A stretch of DNA of 39,498 nucleotides from Nitrospirota bacterium (lineage in GTDB: Bacteria; Nitrospirota; Thermodesulfovibrionia; Thermodesulfovibrionales; Dissulfurispiraceae): the NCBI GenBank assembly GCA_040754455.1, contig JBFMCP010000030.1:1-39498 (forward strand). The letters run 5' to 3'. Below are positions 10,238 through 19,445 of this stretch, piece after piece (the stretch's first letter is position 1; every line of letters begins with the position of its first letter). A program made the position numbers and the translations under genes. Under the pieces are notes generated by a model. The model did no database searches, was not told where the DNA came from, and saw only the letters and a program-made list of their open reading frames with translations.

Positions 10238-11731
10238 ATGCGTCCACTGGTAACGGCAGTTGATATAACACTGGATAGACCTTCTCCCTCTGACAAAAGG
10301 GCGGACAGAGAGCGGTTGCTCGACGGTCTTGTTGCTCAAGGCATCACCGCCCCTGTCGAAATAGATATTGACCTGCTCCGAATATTGCCTTCCACCTTGA
10401 GAGCACACGATTTCAGACTACAGCCTACGCTGGGCTTTACAAGAGATATGGCAAGAGTCCTCTCTTTCGGCGGGAGGCCGGTCTATGCACTCGCTGTTGA
10501 TATCGGCACGACCAACATCGTTGCTTCGCTCGTCGATGTACTCAACAACAAAAAAATATCGACACTTGAATACGAGAATCCCCAGGTCGAATTCGGACTC
10601 GATGTCCTCACGCGAGTCCACCTGGCGATGAGCGGGAAGGCTGCTACATTGCATGAGCACCTTGTTTCGGGCTTGAACACCCTTATCCAGAAACTGTGTG
10701 CAGCTCAAGGCATCACCGCTTCCGACATTTACGCTGCAGCCTTTGCGGGCAACACGATCATGACCCACTTCCTTTTGAATCTTCCGGTCCATAACATCCC
10801 TGTTGAGCCTTATATACCCGCAGCGCACAGGATCGATTTTATGGAACCGAAGGATATCGGCCTCAAAATTAATGACCGGGGGATCATTTATGTCTTCCCC
10901 AACGCAGGAAGTTATGTTGGCGGCGACATCATCTCGGGAATCCTCGCTTCAGGTCTCTATAAGGAAGAGCAGCCGACCATGCTCATAGATGTGGGCACGA
11001 ATGCTGAAATCGTGCTGGGCTGCAGCGAATGGATCATGGTAGGCGCAGGCGCTGCGGGTCCTGCACTCGAGGGCGGTATTTCCGAGATCGGCATGCGCGC
11101 AGCAGAAGGCGCTGTCTATAATGTGGAGATCGACAAAAACAGCCATGAAGTACACATGAAGATTATCGGAAACAGCGAGCCCCGCGGCATCTGCGGCACT
11201 GGCATGATCGCGTTGGTTTCGGAGCTCTATACGAAGGGGATCATCAATCAGCAGGGCAAATTCATCGGCTTCCCGGAGAGGATCAGGGAGGTCAATGGCC
11301 GGCAAGGATTTGTCCTCTACGAATCAGACACGGTCTCACTGATTATCAAGGATACGGATATCGATAATTTCTTGCGGTCGAAGGCCGCCATGTTCTCTTC
11401 GCTCTATGTAATGGTGAAGTCCGTCGGCTTACGGTTTGGAGAGATTCACAAAATCTACATGAGCGGCGCCTTCGGTGCAGGTATCGATGCTGATAAGGCG
11501 GTTGCCATCGGTATGATCCCCGACATCGAGCGCAGCAGGCTTATCGCTATCGGGAATTCCTCGCTCAAGGGAGCGGAGATGCTGCTCATGGAGCGGGAGT
11601 TGCTTCCGGCAATCGACAGGATAGGTGCAATGATCACCTATAAGGAAATGAATACCGAGGGAGACTTTATGAAAGAGTTCCCTGCGGCACTCTTCCTACC
11701 GCATACCGATCCCGAAGTGCTTAAGGGCTAG
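10238..11731 (+). CDS. ASKHA ATPase, RACo/DUF4445 family (reductive activator of corrinoid proteins) lacking the N-terminal [2Fe-2S] domain
   Basis: AVDIGTT, YVGGDI, LIDVGTNAE, AAGPALEG, GICGTG, GAFG and GNSSL motifs. Confidence 0.88.
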   Translation: MRPLVTAVDITLDRPSPSDKRADRERLLDGLVAQGITAPVEIDIDLLRILPSTLRAHDFRLQPTLGFTRDMARVLSFGGRPVYALAVDIGTTNIVASLVDVLNNKKISTLEYENPQVEFGLDVLTRVHLAMSGKAATLHEHLVSGLNTLIQKLCAAQGITASDIYAAAFAGNTIMTHFLLNLPVHNIPVEPYIPAAHRIDFMEPKDIGLKINDRGIIYVFPNAGSYVGGDIISGILASGLYKEEQPTMLIDVGTNAEIVLGCSEWIMVGAGAAGPALEGGISEIGMRAAEGAVYNVEIDKNSHEVHMKIIGNSEPRGICGTGMIALVSELYTKGIINQQGKFIGFPERIREVNGRQGFVLYESDTVSLIIKDTDIDNFLRSKAAMFSSLYVMVKSVGLRFGEIHKIYMSGAFGAGIDADKAVAIGMIPDIERSRLIAIGNSSLKGAEMLLMERELLPAIDRIGAMITYKEMNTEGDFMKEFPAALFLPHTDPEVLKG

Positions 11732-12936
11732 TTCTCGCTTGCGGCAGTTGTTTTTGATTCGATCTCCACTTCAACAACCGGAACCGGGCTCTTTTCTTCC
11801 TGAATAAGCCGCTTGGCCCCTATGTAACGCTGGAAGTAATAGGGTGCCTCGAGACTGTCGATAGTGATCTTCTTCGAGAGCGACGAGGCATGGATGAAAA
11901 GGTTATTGCCGAGATATATCCCAACATGTGAGGGGAAGGATGCGTAGGTCCTGAAGAAGACGAGGTCGCCGGTGACAAGCTTGTCTCTCTCCACCGTCTG
12001 ACCGACGGTGAACTGTTCCCGTGCGCTGCGGGGGATCGTAATGCCTGCGAAGCTGTATGCCTTCTGGACATATGCCGAACAATCCAATCCAAATGCCCCT
12101 GTCCCTCCGAAACGATACGGCATATGGATCATCTTCTTTGCAAAGAGAATGAGCCGATCCTTGATGCCGAGCTTCGAAAGATCTTCAGACTTCGAAAGTT
12201 CCCTGACCTCTTCGAGCTTCATCAAAGCAGGCGAAGGCGCTGCATTCTGATAGGCTACAGTCAATGAGCGTGCGTCCTCCCTGCTCTCCCTGGATTCAGG
12301 AGCCCTCTTTTTTGTCAGAAAGAGTTTTTGTCCGGGCTTCAGCGTATTGCCTTCAAGATCATTTATTTCTTTGAGCATACGGACGCTCATACCGAACCGC
12401 CGGGCGACCTTCTTGACCGTGTCTCCCTTTTTCGCAGTATATATCCTCAGCTCGTTATTCCTTTTGACCATGAGCTGCTGGCCGGGTTTCACTTTGCCTC
12501 TCTTCAGACCGTTCAGCTCTTTCAGCTCATCAACGGAGAGGGAATACTTCCGCGCGATCGTATGCAATGTCTCGCCTTTTTTTACCACATGATATGCTGG
12601 AATCACTTCATCCGACCGCTTTTCATCAAGAGACCTTCTCGAAGAGGCTGATCTGACGCCCTGTTTGCGGGAGGAGCCCTTCTTTTCAGCCAGAGCGCTC
12701 TTTTTCGAGCTCTCTTGCTTAATATCGGGAATGATAAGTTTCGTGCCGGCGCTCACCTTTTTCGACGTGAGGCCGTTTGCCTTTTTGATCTGTGATACGG
12801 AGAGGTGGTGTTTTTGTGCAATTTTCTGCAGGGTGTCACCCTTTTTTACCGTATAAGAGGTGCTCGCAGAAGAGGACACAGAAAAGGCAAGGAAAACAAG
12901 GACTACAAAGAACAGCGTTTCACAGGTTTTTCGCAC
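11728..12936 (-). CDS. LysM x3 + NlpC/P60 peptidoglycan endopeptidase
   Basis: Signal peptide; three Y-x-V/A-KKG-D/E-T LysM starts; PYRFGG, DCSAY, HVGIY and FIHAS. Confidence 0.92.
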   Translation of the reverse strand: MRKTCETLFFVVLVFLAFSVSSSASTSYTVKKGDTLQKIAQKHHLSVSQIKKANGLTSKKVSAGTKLIIPDIKQESSKKSALAEKKGSSRKQGVRSASSRRSLDEKRSDEVIPAYHVVKKGETLHTIARKYSLSVDELKELNGLKRGKVKPGQQLMVKRNNELRIYTAKKGDTVKKVARRFGMSVRMLKEINDLEGNTLKPGQKLFLTKKRAPESRESREDARSLTVAYQNAAPSPALMKLEEVRELSKSEDLSKLGIKDRLILFAKKMIHMPYRFGGTGAFGLDCSAYVQKAYSFAGITIPRSAREQFTVGQTVERDKLVTGDLVFFRTYASFPSHVGIYLGNNLFIHASSLSKKITIDSLEAPYYFQRYIGAKRLIQEEKSPVPVVEVEIESKTTAASEN

Positions 12937-13034
12937 GCCATTTCCCCCTTCCCCTCAGGGCACAAAAGTATTTACGTTGTTATCGGAACCTCTTCCAGAT
13001 ACTTAACTCACTTCGGTGCCCCAGAAAGAAGGGG

Positions 13035-13565
13035 CTATGCGGCTTCTTCTTTTAAAAACTCGGTGATCGGCGGCAACTCGCTCAAATTCTTGAGCCCGAA
13101 ATACTGCAGGAACTCCTTGGTCGTCCCGTAAAGGAACGGTCTGCCGGGTGACTCTTTTTTCCCCACAATCTTGATAAGACGTTTATCGAGCAGGCTCTTG
13201 ACCGCTCCATCCGAGTTCACCCCACGGAGCTGGTCGACCTCCAGCTTGGTAACCGGCTGTTTGTAAGCAATAATCGCCAGCGTCTCGAGTGCCGATGTCG
13301 TCAGCTTATTCGACTGCGTGATATTTTTAAACCGCTTGAGCCAGACGGCATACTCAGGATGAGTGACCATTTGGTAGCCGTCGGATATCTCGGCAATGAG
13401 CAAGCCTGCGTTTCTCTCACGGTACTCAACGATCAGCTCATCCATCAATCTGCGTATTTCCTGTTCCTGAAGATCCGTCGCCTTGGCGATACCGGCTGCG
13501 GTGACGGGTTCACCGGCAACAAAGAGCATCGCTTCGAGGAGTGCCTTTTTTTGCATATCTTCCAT
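13035..13565 (-). CDS. scpB: SMC-Scp complex subunit ScpB
   Basis: LEAMLF, ALETLAIIAYKQP, RGVNSD and GRPFLYGTTKEFLQYFGL. Confidence 0.95.
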   Translation of the reverse strand: MEDMQKKALLEAMLFVAGEPVTAAGIAKATDLQEQEIRRLMDELIVEYRERNAGLLIAEISDGYQMVTHPEYAVWLKRFKNITQSNKLTTSALETLAIIAYKQPVTKLEVDQLRGVNSDGAVKSLLDKRLIKIVGKKESPGRPFLYGTTKEFLQYFGLKNLSELPPITEFLKEEAA

Positions 13566-13651
13566 AGGTAGCGATTATACCTAATAGAGCTCTTGAATTT
13601 CAAATTAAAACTTAACTATTATAAGGTACAGCGACAGGAGGTAACAGTAAC

Positions 13652-14455
13652 GTGAAGCATGTAACGGCAGCAGTTCTTATGCTCATCGGTTTCGCTCTCA
13701 TCGCAATCCCCTCCGCACGTGACGCCGGAGCCTTCAGTGCCGGCGGATGTGATGGCGATTGCAAAAAATGTCATAGCCTTTCGAGAGAGGAAGTAGACGG
13801 GATTTTGAAGAAGATAAATGTACCGGATGCCAAAATTCTGGATGTCAGGCTCAGTCCGGTGAAAAGCCTTTGGGAAATCACCATCGACGATAAAGGAAAG
13901 AGAGGTCTTTTCTATGTCGACTTCTCAAAAAAGTATATTGTCGATGGGAGAATCATAGAGGTCAGGACCGGCTCGAACAAAACGCAGGAGAGCTACGAAA
14001 AGCTCCAGCCGAGAAAGAAAGTCGACGTATCCAAAATCCCGCTGAAAGATGCCTTGACGATGGGGAATGCGAAAGCCCCGAAAAGGGTGGTTGTCTTCAC
14101 CGATCCTGATTGACCGTACTGCGGGAAACTCCATCAGGAGATGGAGCAGGTGGTCAAGGAACGAAAAGACATCGTCTTTTATATTAAACTTTTTCCTTTA
14201 AAGATGCATAAAGATGCCTATTGGAAATCGAAGAGTATCGTGTGCAAGAAATCGCTCAGGATGCTCGAAGATAACTTTATGCAAAAGCCGATTCCGAAAG
14301 TCGAGTGCGACACCACAGAGGTCGATGCAACGATCAAGCTTGCCGAATCGCTGGGCATCACCGGCACCCCCACGCTTGTTCTCCCCGGCGGCAGAGTGCA
14401 TTCCGGGACATTGCCTGCAAAGCGACTGATCGAGCTCATCGACGGGAGGCAATGA
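13652..14455 (+). CDS. dsbC: DsbC-family thiol:disulfide isomerase with in-frame UGA (putative selenocysteine 154, UxxC) and an N-terminal CxxCH; 267 aa if read through
   Basis: ORFs 13652-14113 and 14141-14455 share a frame and join as VFTDPD-TGA-PYCGKLH. Signal peptide, DsbC dimerisation-like region, GITGTPT cis-Pro motif and AGGAGG RBS. Confidence 0.85.
14111..14156 (+). promoter_or_regulatory. Putative bacterial SECIS hairpin downstream of the in-frame UGA
   Basis: CTCCATC-AGGA-GATGGAG, a perfect 7-bp stem (14129-14146) with a G-containing loop 22 nt after the UGA. A lower stem TGACC/GGTCA is also possible. Confidence 0.6.
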
Positions 14456-15300
14456 GCGCCAGCCCCGAAATCCTCATTGTCTTTCTGTCTGCCTCGGCCT
14501 TTCTCGTTGCGCTCCTCCTCGCTGTGCTGCTCTTGCTGCGCCTCGTGAAAAAGAGCGAGCCTGCTCCCGAACGTTTTGAGATGGGCACGGTCATGGGAGC
14601 GTTCAATGCACTCGGAAGCGAGATCCAGTCGCTCAAGGATCAACTGGTGATCAAGGAGCGCCTCGCCGCCCTCGGTGAAATTTCAGCAGGTATTGCCCAT
14701 GAGTTCAGAAATCCTCTTGGCGTTATCGCAGGGTATGCAAAGCTGCTGCTCAAAGAGCTTGAAGCTGATGACAAGCGCCGGGAGGTGGTGCAGGCAATCC
14801 TTAATGAGGTCCAGGAGCTGAACGGTATAATGGAGGAGCTCCTTAAATTTTCACGTTCCGAGCCGCTCAACAACGAGCGTTTAAACCTTCAAGAACTTGT
14901 TAAAGATACCATTGCGAGCATGCCGGAAGGAAAAGGGAATATCCACCTCTCTCCTTCATCAGAAGTCATAATCAGGGGCGATGCAACGCTGCTCAGGCAG
15001 GCCATAAAAAATCTCCTTTATAACGCCCTCGAGGCAGGTGACCATGTCGTGGTGGCGATCGAGAAAGAACCATCACCAGCCGATAACATAATCGCCATTG
15101 CAGTGCAGGACAATGGCAAGGGAATTCCCGAAGAGGAACTCACCAAGGTATTCCTGCCGTTCTATACGACGAAAAGAGGGGGTACCGGGATAGGACTTGC
15201 CCTGGTCCAGAAAATTGCCATGGCACATGGCGGAAGCGTCAGCGTTGAGAGCCGGGAAGGAAAGGGCAGTACGTTTCGTCTGTTACTGCCGGCGCCATAG
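14452..15300 (+). CDS. Sensor histidine kinase (single N-terminal TM, HisKA + HATPase)
   Basis: AHEFRNPL H-box, NLLYNA, DNGKGI, FYTTK and GTGIGL. ATG 14452 overlaps the dsbC stop (ATGA) after GGAGG. Confidence 0.92.
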   Translation: MSASPEILIVFLSASAFLVALLLAVLLLLRLVKKSEPAPERFEMGTVMGAFNALGSEIQSLKDQLVIKERLAALGEISAGIAHEFRNPLGVIAGYAKLLLKELEADDKRREVVQAILNEVQELNGIMEELLKFSRSEPLNNERLNLQELVKDTIASMPEGKGNIHLSPSSEVIIRGDATLLRQAIKNLLYNALEAGDHVVVAIEKEPSPADNIIAIAVQDNGKGIPEEELTKVFLPFYTTKRGGTGIGLALVQKIAMAHGGSVSVESREGKGSTFRLLLPAP

Positions 15301-15306
15301 GTACAT

Positions 15307-16680
15307 ATGAAGAATATTCTCATCATAGAGGATAAAAAGAGCATGGCTGACATGCTCAGCCGGACTTTTGAGGCCGAGGGGCTTACCGTCACGACGGCCT
15401 CAACGGTCAAAGACGGCCTCGCCCATCTCTCCTCGGATATGATCGACGTTGTCCTAACTGATCTCAAGCTGCCTGATGGCGACGGTATGGAAATCGTGAA
15501 GGCTGCCCGTGAGAGCACGCCCTTTCTTCCGATTATCGTTATGACCGCTTTCGGGAGCATCGAGGTTGCGGTGAAGGCGATCAAGACAGGGGCATACGAT
15601 TTCATTGCCAAACCTTTTGATCCTGATCATGCTCTGCTGGTAGTAAAAAGGGCGCTTGCCGAGCGCGGTACACAGAAAGAGAACCTCGTGCTCAAGAGTG
15701 AATTTTCGAAGTTCCTGAAGATGCCCGAGATCATCGGCGTCAGCGCGCAATGGAAAGCGATCATGGACCAGGTGCGAAAGGTCGCCTCCCTGAAGACGAC
15801 GGTCCTTATCCTCGGCGAGAGCGGTACCGGGAAAGAGCTGATTGCGCGTGCAATTCATCATTTAAGCCCGCGGGCGAAGGACTCTTTTGTTGCGGTCAAT
15901 TGTGCAGCTATCCCGAAGGAGCTCATCGAGAACGAGCTGTTCGGTCATGAGCGTGGCGCTTTTACCGGTGCCGGCGAGATAAAGATCGGCAAGTTCGAGC
16001 TCGCCGACCGTGGTACGATCTTCCTCGATGAGATCGGCGATATGGAGCTTTCGCTCCAATCAAAACTCCTGAGGGTTCTCCAGGAAAACGAGATCGAACG
16101 GGTAGGCGGTACAAAAACAATAAAGGTCGACTTGAGGGTTATTGCCGCCAGTAACAAGGATCTCGGCAAGGCGGTCGAGGCCGGCAGCTTCAGGGAAGAC
16201 CTGTTCTATCGGTTGAATGTGTTCCCATTGGTGATCCCTCCGCTGCGGGAACGAAGGGAAGATATTATTCCTCTTGCAAAGCATTTCGTTTCGCTCTTCT
16301 CAAAAGAGATGAACAAACCGGCTCCCGCCTTTTCACCCGAGACAGAGGAGATGCTTCAGTTGCACGAATGGAAAGGGAACATACGGGAGCTCAAGAACGT
16401 CACCGAGCGCGCCGTCATTCTCTGCGACAGTGCCGTCCTGCTCCCTGCGCATTTTGATTTCGGTAAAATATCGAGGAATGCAGATGCTCAGGAGCCTGGA
16501 CCGGATGCGCCGCTCAGCGAGGTCGCCCAGGCAGCGCTCAGAAATGCGGAGACGGCGAAGATACGAAGTGTACTGCTACAGACCCACGGGAACAAGAGCA
16601 GGGCTGCCGAAATACTTAAAGTGAGTTACAAGACCCTCCTGACCAAGATCAGGGAATACGGCCTCGATGATTCACGGTGA
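15307..16680 (+). CDS. NtrC-family sigma54-dependent response regulator
   Basis: Receiver domain (TDLKLPD, KPF), GESGTGKE, GAFTGA and Fis HTH. Confidence 0.95.
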   Translation: MKNILIIEDKKSMADMLSRTFEAEGLTVTTASTVKDGLAHLSSDMIDVVLTDLKLPDGDGMEIVKAARESTPFLPIIVMTAFGSIEVAVKAIKTGAYDFIAKPFDPDHALLVVKRALAERGTQKENLVLKSEFSKFLKMPEIIGVSAQWKAIMDQVRKVASLKTTVLILGESGTGKELIARAIHHLSPRAKDSFVAVNCAAIPKELIENELFGHERGAFTGAGEIKIGKFELADRGTIFLDEIGDMELSLQSKLLRVLQENEIERVGGTKTIKVDLRVIAASNKDLGKAVEAGSFREDLFYRLNVFPLVIPPLRERREDIIPLAKHFVSLFSKEMNKPAPAFSPETEEMLQLHEWKGNIRELKNVTERAVILCDSAVLLPAHFDFGKISRNADAQEPGPDAPLSEVAQAALRNAETAKIRSVLLQTHGNKSRAAEILKVSYKTLLTKIREYGLDDSR

Positions 16681-16721
16681 TTTATTGAAGAGCAGTAATT
16701 CAATGTGTTAGCATAAAAGTT

Positions 16722-18023
16722 ATGACGCAGAAGACAAAGAAATTCCACCTCGTCACCTTCGGCTGCCAGATGAATGTCCACGATTCGGAAAGGATGTCCG
16801 GCATTCTTAAGGCTGCATCCTTTACCGAAGCCGAAGGCCCGAGAGATGCGGACATCATCATATTTAACACCTGCAGCATCCGTGAAAAGGCCGAGCAGAA
16901 GTTCTTCAGTAGCCTCGGGAGGCTGCGGACCCTTAAAAATAAAAAACCCGGACTGAAAATAGCCGTTGCCGGGTGCATCGCCCAGCAGCAGGCTGATAAA
17001 ATTCTCGAACGGGCGCCGTTTGTCGACTACATTATCGGCCCGCAGAACATCCATTTTCTGAAGAGCGCGCTTACTTCTGAGATGCCGCTCATTGCAACCG
17101 AAGATAATCCCGCTATCACTGAAACGGAATTGCCGGTGAGCAGGAAAGACCGGGTCAGGGCATGGGTCAATATCATGTACGGGTGCAACAATTTCTGCAG
17201 CTACTGTATAGTCCCGTATACGAGAGGTCGGGAGCGGAGCAGGGCGAGCGATGCCATCGTGAGAGAGATCCGGGAGCTCGCTGCAAGCGGGTTTAAGGAA
17301 GTAACCCTCCTCGGTCAGAATGTGAACTCCTATGCCGGCGATACCGATTTTCCCGGTCTTATCTCCAGGATCAACGACATCGAAGGCATACAGCGTATCC
17401 GTTTTGTCACCTCCCATCCCAAAGATCTCTCGGATGCATTGATCGGGGCGATGAGAGATCTCGAAAAAGTATGCGAACATATTCATCTGCCGCTCCAGTC
17501 GGGATCATCGAAGGTCCTCGCTGCGATGAACAGGAAATACACCTATGAGTCGTACCTTGAAAAGATAGCGAAGCTGCGCGCCGCGATGCCTGATATTGCC
17601 ATTACATCAGATATTATCGCAGGATTTCCTCAAGAGACCGATGAGGATCACCGATGTACGGTAAATGCGCTTAAGGAGATCGAATTTGACGGTCTCTTTG
17701 CCTTTAACTACTCTCCGCGGCCGGGGACAAAGGCATCCCGAATGGAGGGCCAGATGAGCGATGAAGTGAAATCAGAGCGGCTTTATGAGATTCTCGAGAT
17801 CCAGAATACCATTACCGAGAGAAAGAACAAGAAACTCGAAGGAACCGTTCAGGAAATTCTTATCGAAGGATGGGATGAGAAGAACAAGAAGGCGCTTGCC
17901 GGCAGAACACGCACGAACAAGATCGTTACCCTCCAGAAATCTGACGGTCTTCATCCCGGAGATATAGTGCGGGTAACCATTACCAAAGCCAGCAGGCATT
18001 CTTTACAGGGGATGCCTCTTTAA
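16722..18023 (+). CDS. miaB: tRNA-2-methylthio-N6-dimethylallyladenosine synthase MiaB
   Basis: TFGCQMNVHDSE, NTCSIREKAEQK, GCNNFCSYC radical-SAM motif and TRAM domain (GRTRTNK). Confidence 0.95.
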   Translation: MTQKTKKFHLVTFGCQMNVHDSERMSGILKAASFTEAEGPRDADIIIFNTCSIREKAEQKFFSSLGRLRTLKNKKPGLKIAVAGCIAQQQADKILERAPFVDYIIGPQNIHFLKSALTSEMPLIATEDNPAITETELPVSRKDRVRAWVNIMYGCNNFCSYCIVPYTRGRERSRASDAIVREIRELAASGFKEVTLLGQNVNSYAGDTDFPGLISRINDIEGIQRIRFVTSHPKDLSDALIGAMRDLEKVCEHIHLPLQSGSSKVLAAMNRKYTYESYLEKIAKLRAAMPDIAITSDIIAGFPQETDEDHRCTVNALKEIEFDGLFAFNYSPRPGTKASRMEGQMSDEVKSERLYEILEIQNTITERKNKKLEGTVQEILIEGWDEKNKKALAGRTRTNKIVTLQKSDGLHPGDIVRVTITKASRHSLQGMPL

Positions 18024-18031
18024 CCATTCAG

Positions 18032-19300
18032 ATGAAAGTAGCTGTTATAACACTCGGATGTAAAACCAATCAGGCAGAGAGCTTTCAGTGGGAAAACATG
18101 CTCTGTGCCGCAGGACATCGGGTCGTTGATGTAACAGAGAATCCTGACCTTTGCATAATAAATACTTGTACAGTCACATCTAAAGCAGATTATCAGTCCC
18201 GGCAGCTTGTCCAGCGCGCGTTGCGGACACAGGCAAAGGTGGTTGTGACCGGATGCTATGCCGAGCTCAATCACACAACTTTAAAAACACTTAATAAAGA
18301 TATTGAAATTGTAAGCAACAGCGATAAAGATACGCTCTTGGATCTGCTCGCTCTGGAGACACCAGAAAGAAATAATCCCCGCTGTCATTATTCCCGCCAG
18401 AGGCCGATCATCAAAGTGCAGGACGGCTGCAATTATTCGTGCAGTTATTGCGCCATAACTCTTGCGCGAGGGAGGTCGCGCAGCGTCCCGACAACTGATG
18501 TTATTGAGGAGGTCAAGAAGTACGAGGCTGCCGGGTACCGCGAGGTAGTGCTGACTGGAATCCATCTCGGCACCTATGGATTGGACCTTGCTCCTCAAGT
18601 AACGCTTTCATCATTATTAATATCTCTACTCAATGCCACAACGTCGCTGCGCATACGATTAAGCTCGCTGGAAGTTAAGGAAATTAATGATGAGCTCATC
18701 GATCTTTTAATGAATCCGAGGATATGCAATCACCTCCACATACCGCTGCAAAGCGGGGCTGATACGGTACTGAAGCTCATGAACAGAACATATGGAACGT
18801 CCGACTTTATAAAGGGTATCGAAAGAATTGTTAAGGTGCATCCTTATATCGGGCTCGGAACCGATATTATTGTCGGCTTCCCTGGCGAAGGAGAGGAGGA
18901 GTTTAGACAGACCGTGAACCTTATCGAGACAGTTCCCTTTTCCTATATCCACGTTTTCCCTTTCTCTCCCAGGCCTCATACAAAAGCGGCATCTTTTCCG
19001 CAGCAGGTTGACGGGAAGACAAAAAAGAACCGCGTGGCATTGCTCAGATCGATCGGTGAAGAGAAAAAGAAACTGTTTCTCGAAAAAAATATCGGGACTA
19101 CGACCGATGTCATTATTGAGGAGCCGGCGGAGGGCGGCTATATCGGCACCTCGAGCAACTATATCAGAATATACCTTGAAGAGGCAGGCGGTTACGGACG
19201 GCTCAAAGCGGGAATGCTTGTAAATACACGCGTTGTCGGCACCAAAGATTCTATGGCGCTCGGAAACCCGCTAAAATCGCAACAACTAACTCACTTATAA
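18032..19300 (+). CDS. mtaB: tRNA t6A37 methylthiotransferase MtaB
   Basis: TLGCKTNQAES, NTCTVT, KVQDGCNYSCSYC and LTGIHLG. Confidence 0.92.
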   Translation: MKVAVITLGCKTNQAESFQWENMLCAAGHRVVDVTENPDLCIINTCTVTSKADYQSRQLVQRALRTQAKVVVTGCYAELNHTTLKTLNKDIEIVSNSDKDTLLDLLALETPERNNPRCHYSRQRPIIKVQDGCNYSCSYCAITLARGRSRSVPTTDVIEEVKKYEAAGYREVVLTGIHLGTYGLDLAPQVTLSSLLISLLNATTSLRIRLSSLEVKEINDELIDLLMNPRICNHLHIPLQSGADTVLKLMNRTYGTSDFIKGIERIVKVHPYIGLGTDIIVGFPGEGEEEFRQTVNLIETVPFSYIHVFPFSPRPHTKAASFPQQVDGKTKKNRVALLRSIGEEKKKLFLEKNIGTTTDVIIEEPAEGGYIGTSSNYIRIYLEEAGGYGRLKAGMLVNTRVVGTKDSMALGNPLKSQQLTHL

Positions 19301-19417
19301 AACTTTTTTATATGCCTACACATTGTACAACTCCGCTAAAAGCCTTTTAGCACGCCTTCGGAAGAGGTCAATTCACTAGATTCGTAACAAGTTATCAACA
19401 TTCGCTGTTTATTTATT

Positions 19418-19445
19418 ATGACCGATAAGATATATTATGTTAAAT
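19418..19445 (+). other. dif: dif site (XerC/XerD chromosome-dimer resolution site)
   Basis: ATGACCGATAA-GATATA-TTATGTTAAAT: perfect XerD arm, 6-bp spacer and XerC arm ending ATAA, in an AT-rich intergenic region. Confidence 0.88.

Noticed and set aside
14305..14451. N-terminal extension of the histidine kinase in the ORF track
   Set aside because: It overlaps dsbC. ATG 14452 has an RBS and starts directly with the TM segment.
14141..14455. Separate 104-aa thioredoxin-fold gene
   Set aside because: It lacks an active site, and its GGAG abuts the ATG inside a hairpin. It is better explained as the C-terminal half of the UGA-containing dsbC.
19392..19400. DnaA-box-like TTATCAACA suggesting oriC
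   Set aside because: It is a single mismatched box with no cluster and no dnaA nearby. The adjacent dif site indicates the terminus instead.
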